Source: an uncultured Gemmatimonadales bacterium (GTDB taxonomy: Bacteria > Gemmatimonadota > Gemmatimonadetes > Gemmatimonadales > GWC2-71-9). From it: DNA of 64,000 bases. The translations under genes were made by a program, and so were the position numbers. Location: assembly GCA_963695555.1 (NCBI GenBank), contig CAVOGR010000001.1, positions 448,001-512,000 of the forward strand, in the 5' to 3' direction. A model generated the notes under the pieces. That model had not been told where the DNA came from, searched no databases, and saw nothing but the letters and a program-made list of their open reading frames with translations. Positions 62,718 through 64,000 of the stretch are shown in pieces (the first letter of the stretch is position 1; each line of letters begins with the position of its first letter).

Positions 62718-63275
62718 CTAGTTGGTGGGGCGGCCCAGGTCGATGTTTTTGAGCCGCCGCAGTTCGTCCTCCAGGCGGCGGAGGACCGCGTCCTTGGCCT
62801 CGACCTCCGCCTGCAGACGCTTCACTTCGGCTTGGAGGTCGGTGAGGCGGCGTCGGTTGGCGCCGATGGTGTCCTGAAGCGCGGTGTGCGTGGCCTCGAG
62901 TCCCTGAACCACGGCTCGCAGCGAATCGAGTTGCTGGCGTTCGACCTTCGCCTGGTCGCTGAGGTCGACCATGTCTCCCAGCAGACCGGCCAGGATCCTG
63001 GCCGCGGGTAGGTGCGGGCTCTGGGGAAACCGCGTCACCATTTGGGCGAGCAGCGCCCGTGCCCGTTCGGGGTTGGATACGGCAGTCCCTGGCGCGGCAT
63101 AGCTCAAGGCCAGCCGGTACAACGCGCGATCACTTCCTGCCACGGACGGGTCTTCTTCGTACGCGCGTGCCGCCAGCTCGTATTGCCCCGCTTCGAAATG
63201 CCGGTCGAGTGCACTCGCGGTACAACCAGCCGCCGCCAGCGTCACAGCCGCCGTGAGGAGAAGTGCGTGCCTCAT
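62718..63275 (-). CDS. Lipoprotein with TPR-like and coiled-coil regions (QseG/YfhG-like)
   Basis: Lipobox AAGC; ends ELRRLKNIDL; overlaps the kinase stop. Confidence 0.65.
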   Translation of the reverse strand: MRHALLLTAAVTLAAAGCTASALDRHFEAGQYELAARAYEEDPSVAGSDRALYRLALSYAAPGTAVSNPERARALLAQMVTRFPQSPHLPAARILAGLLGDMVDLSDQAKVERQQLDSLRAVVQGLEATHTALQDTIGANRRRLTDLQAEVKRLQAEVEAKDAVLRRLEDELRRLKNIDLGRPTN

Positions 63276-64000
63276 GCGACTTCCGCGCGCGGCACCCGCT
63301 TGGCTGGGCTGGCCGGGTGCGAAAACAAATCCGTCGCGGCGTCGGAGGTGAAGGCCTCGGGCAGCAGAAACTCGAAGACGCTCCCGGACGGGGCATGGTC
63401 GCGAACCCAGATAGCCCCGCCGTGGGCCTCGATGATGCGCCGGCTGAGTGCCAGGCCCAGGCCGACGCCGCTGCCCGCTGCCTTCCGGCCATGCAGACCC
63501 TGATAGAACTGGGTAAAGATCGCGTTCCTCTCCCTGTCCGGCACTCCCGGGCCGTGATCGATCACCGCAACCAGGACGTACCCCGATCCACCGGTCGCGC
63601 TGCGAATCTGGTCCCGCACTACTGGGCCGATCGTGGCCGGCATCTCCGCATGATAGGCGACCGACACCCGGATCGGCTGGTCCTCGGGGGAGAACTTGAT
63701 GGCGTTCTCGATCAGGTTTTGCACGACCTGAATGACGTGCGGCCCGTCGCACGCGACCACAACGGGCGTGCTGGGGAGGTCGGCCGTGATGCGTCGGCCC
63801 GATCGCCCCGCGCCGTTGAACTCGGCGAGAATGGTCGTGATGAGGTCGCCCAGGTCTTGCCACACGAATTCGTAATGGAGGCTGCCAGATTCGATTTGAG
63901 ACTGTTTCAGCAGTTTCGAGATCATGTCGGAGAGACGGCTCGCACTGGAGAGATTGAGTTCCACCAGATGCCGTTGCTTCTGGTTCAGCGCGCCGGGGAG
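63272..64000 (-). CDS. Sensor histidine kinase, C-terminal part (truncated by window edge)
   Basis: N box QNLIENAIKFSP, DHGPG, GVGLGLAL and HGGAIWV motifs. Confidence 0.92.
   Translation of the reverse strand, partial: LPGALNQKQRHLVELNLSSASRLSDMISKLLKQSQIESGSLHYEFVWQDLGDLITTILAEFNGAGRSGRRITADLPSTPVVVACDGPHVIQVVQNLIENAIKFSPEDQPIRVSVAYHAEMPATIGPVVRDQIRSATGGSGYVLVAVIDHGPGVPDRERNAIFTQFYQGLHGRKAAGSGVGLGLALSRRIIEAHGGAIWVRDHAPSGSVFEFLLPEAFTSDAATDLFSHPASPAKRVPRAEVA

Overview
A GC-rich bacterial chromosomal window; the gene content suggests Gemmatimonadota, which is an inference and was not tested. I found no rRNA, tRNA, CRISPR array or mobile element. From left to right it holds: a cell-surface glycosylation block (membrane sulfatase-like enzyme, DUF3108, GT2, GT4); a candidate rod-shaped ncRNA; peptide uptake and peptidase genes; a cytochrome-oxidase copper-assembly operon (SCO, PCuAC-like, CtaG, AcpH); a type IV minor-pilin cluster with sigma54-type promoters and two tandem PilX-like genes; a TonB-dependent receptor; a class I benzoyl-CoA reductase cluster (tetR-oah-SDR-dch-bcrCBAD-orf-had, with the bcr genes heavily frameshifted); argR-argG-argH-rocD with tandem ARG boxes; and an acyl-CoA dehydrogenase / ~2900-aa PfaA-like megasynthase / PPTase locus. 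The megasynthase is the most unusual element. It has two KS domains that both retain Cys-His-His and no enoyl reductase. Its four tandem ACP domains all carry Thr (GIDT) at the position of the phosphopantetheine-accepting Ser, and the first two contain no serine at all. Scattered single-base indels suggest long-read or assembly error rather than true pseudogenes. All family calls come from motif recognition by eye; no database search was run.
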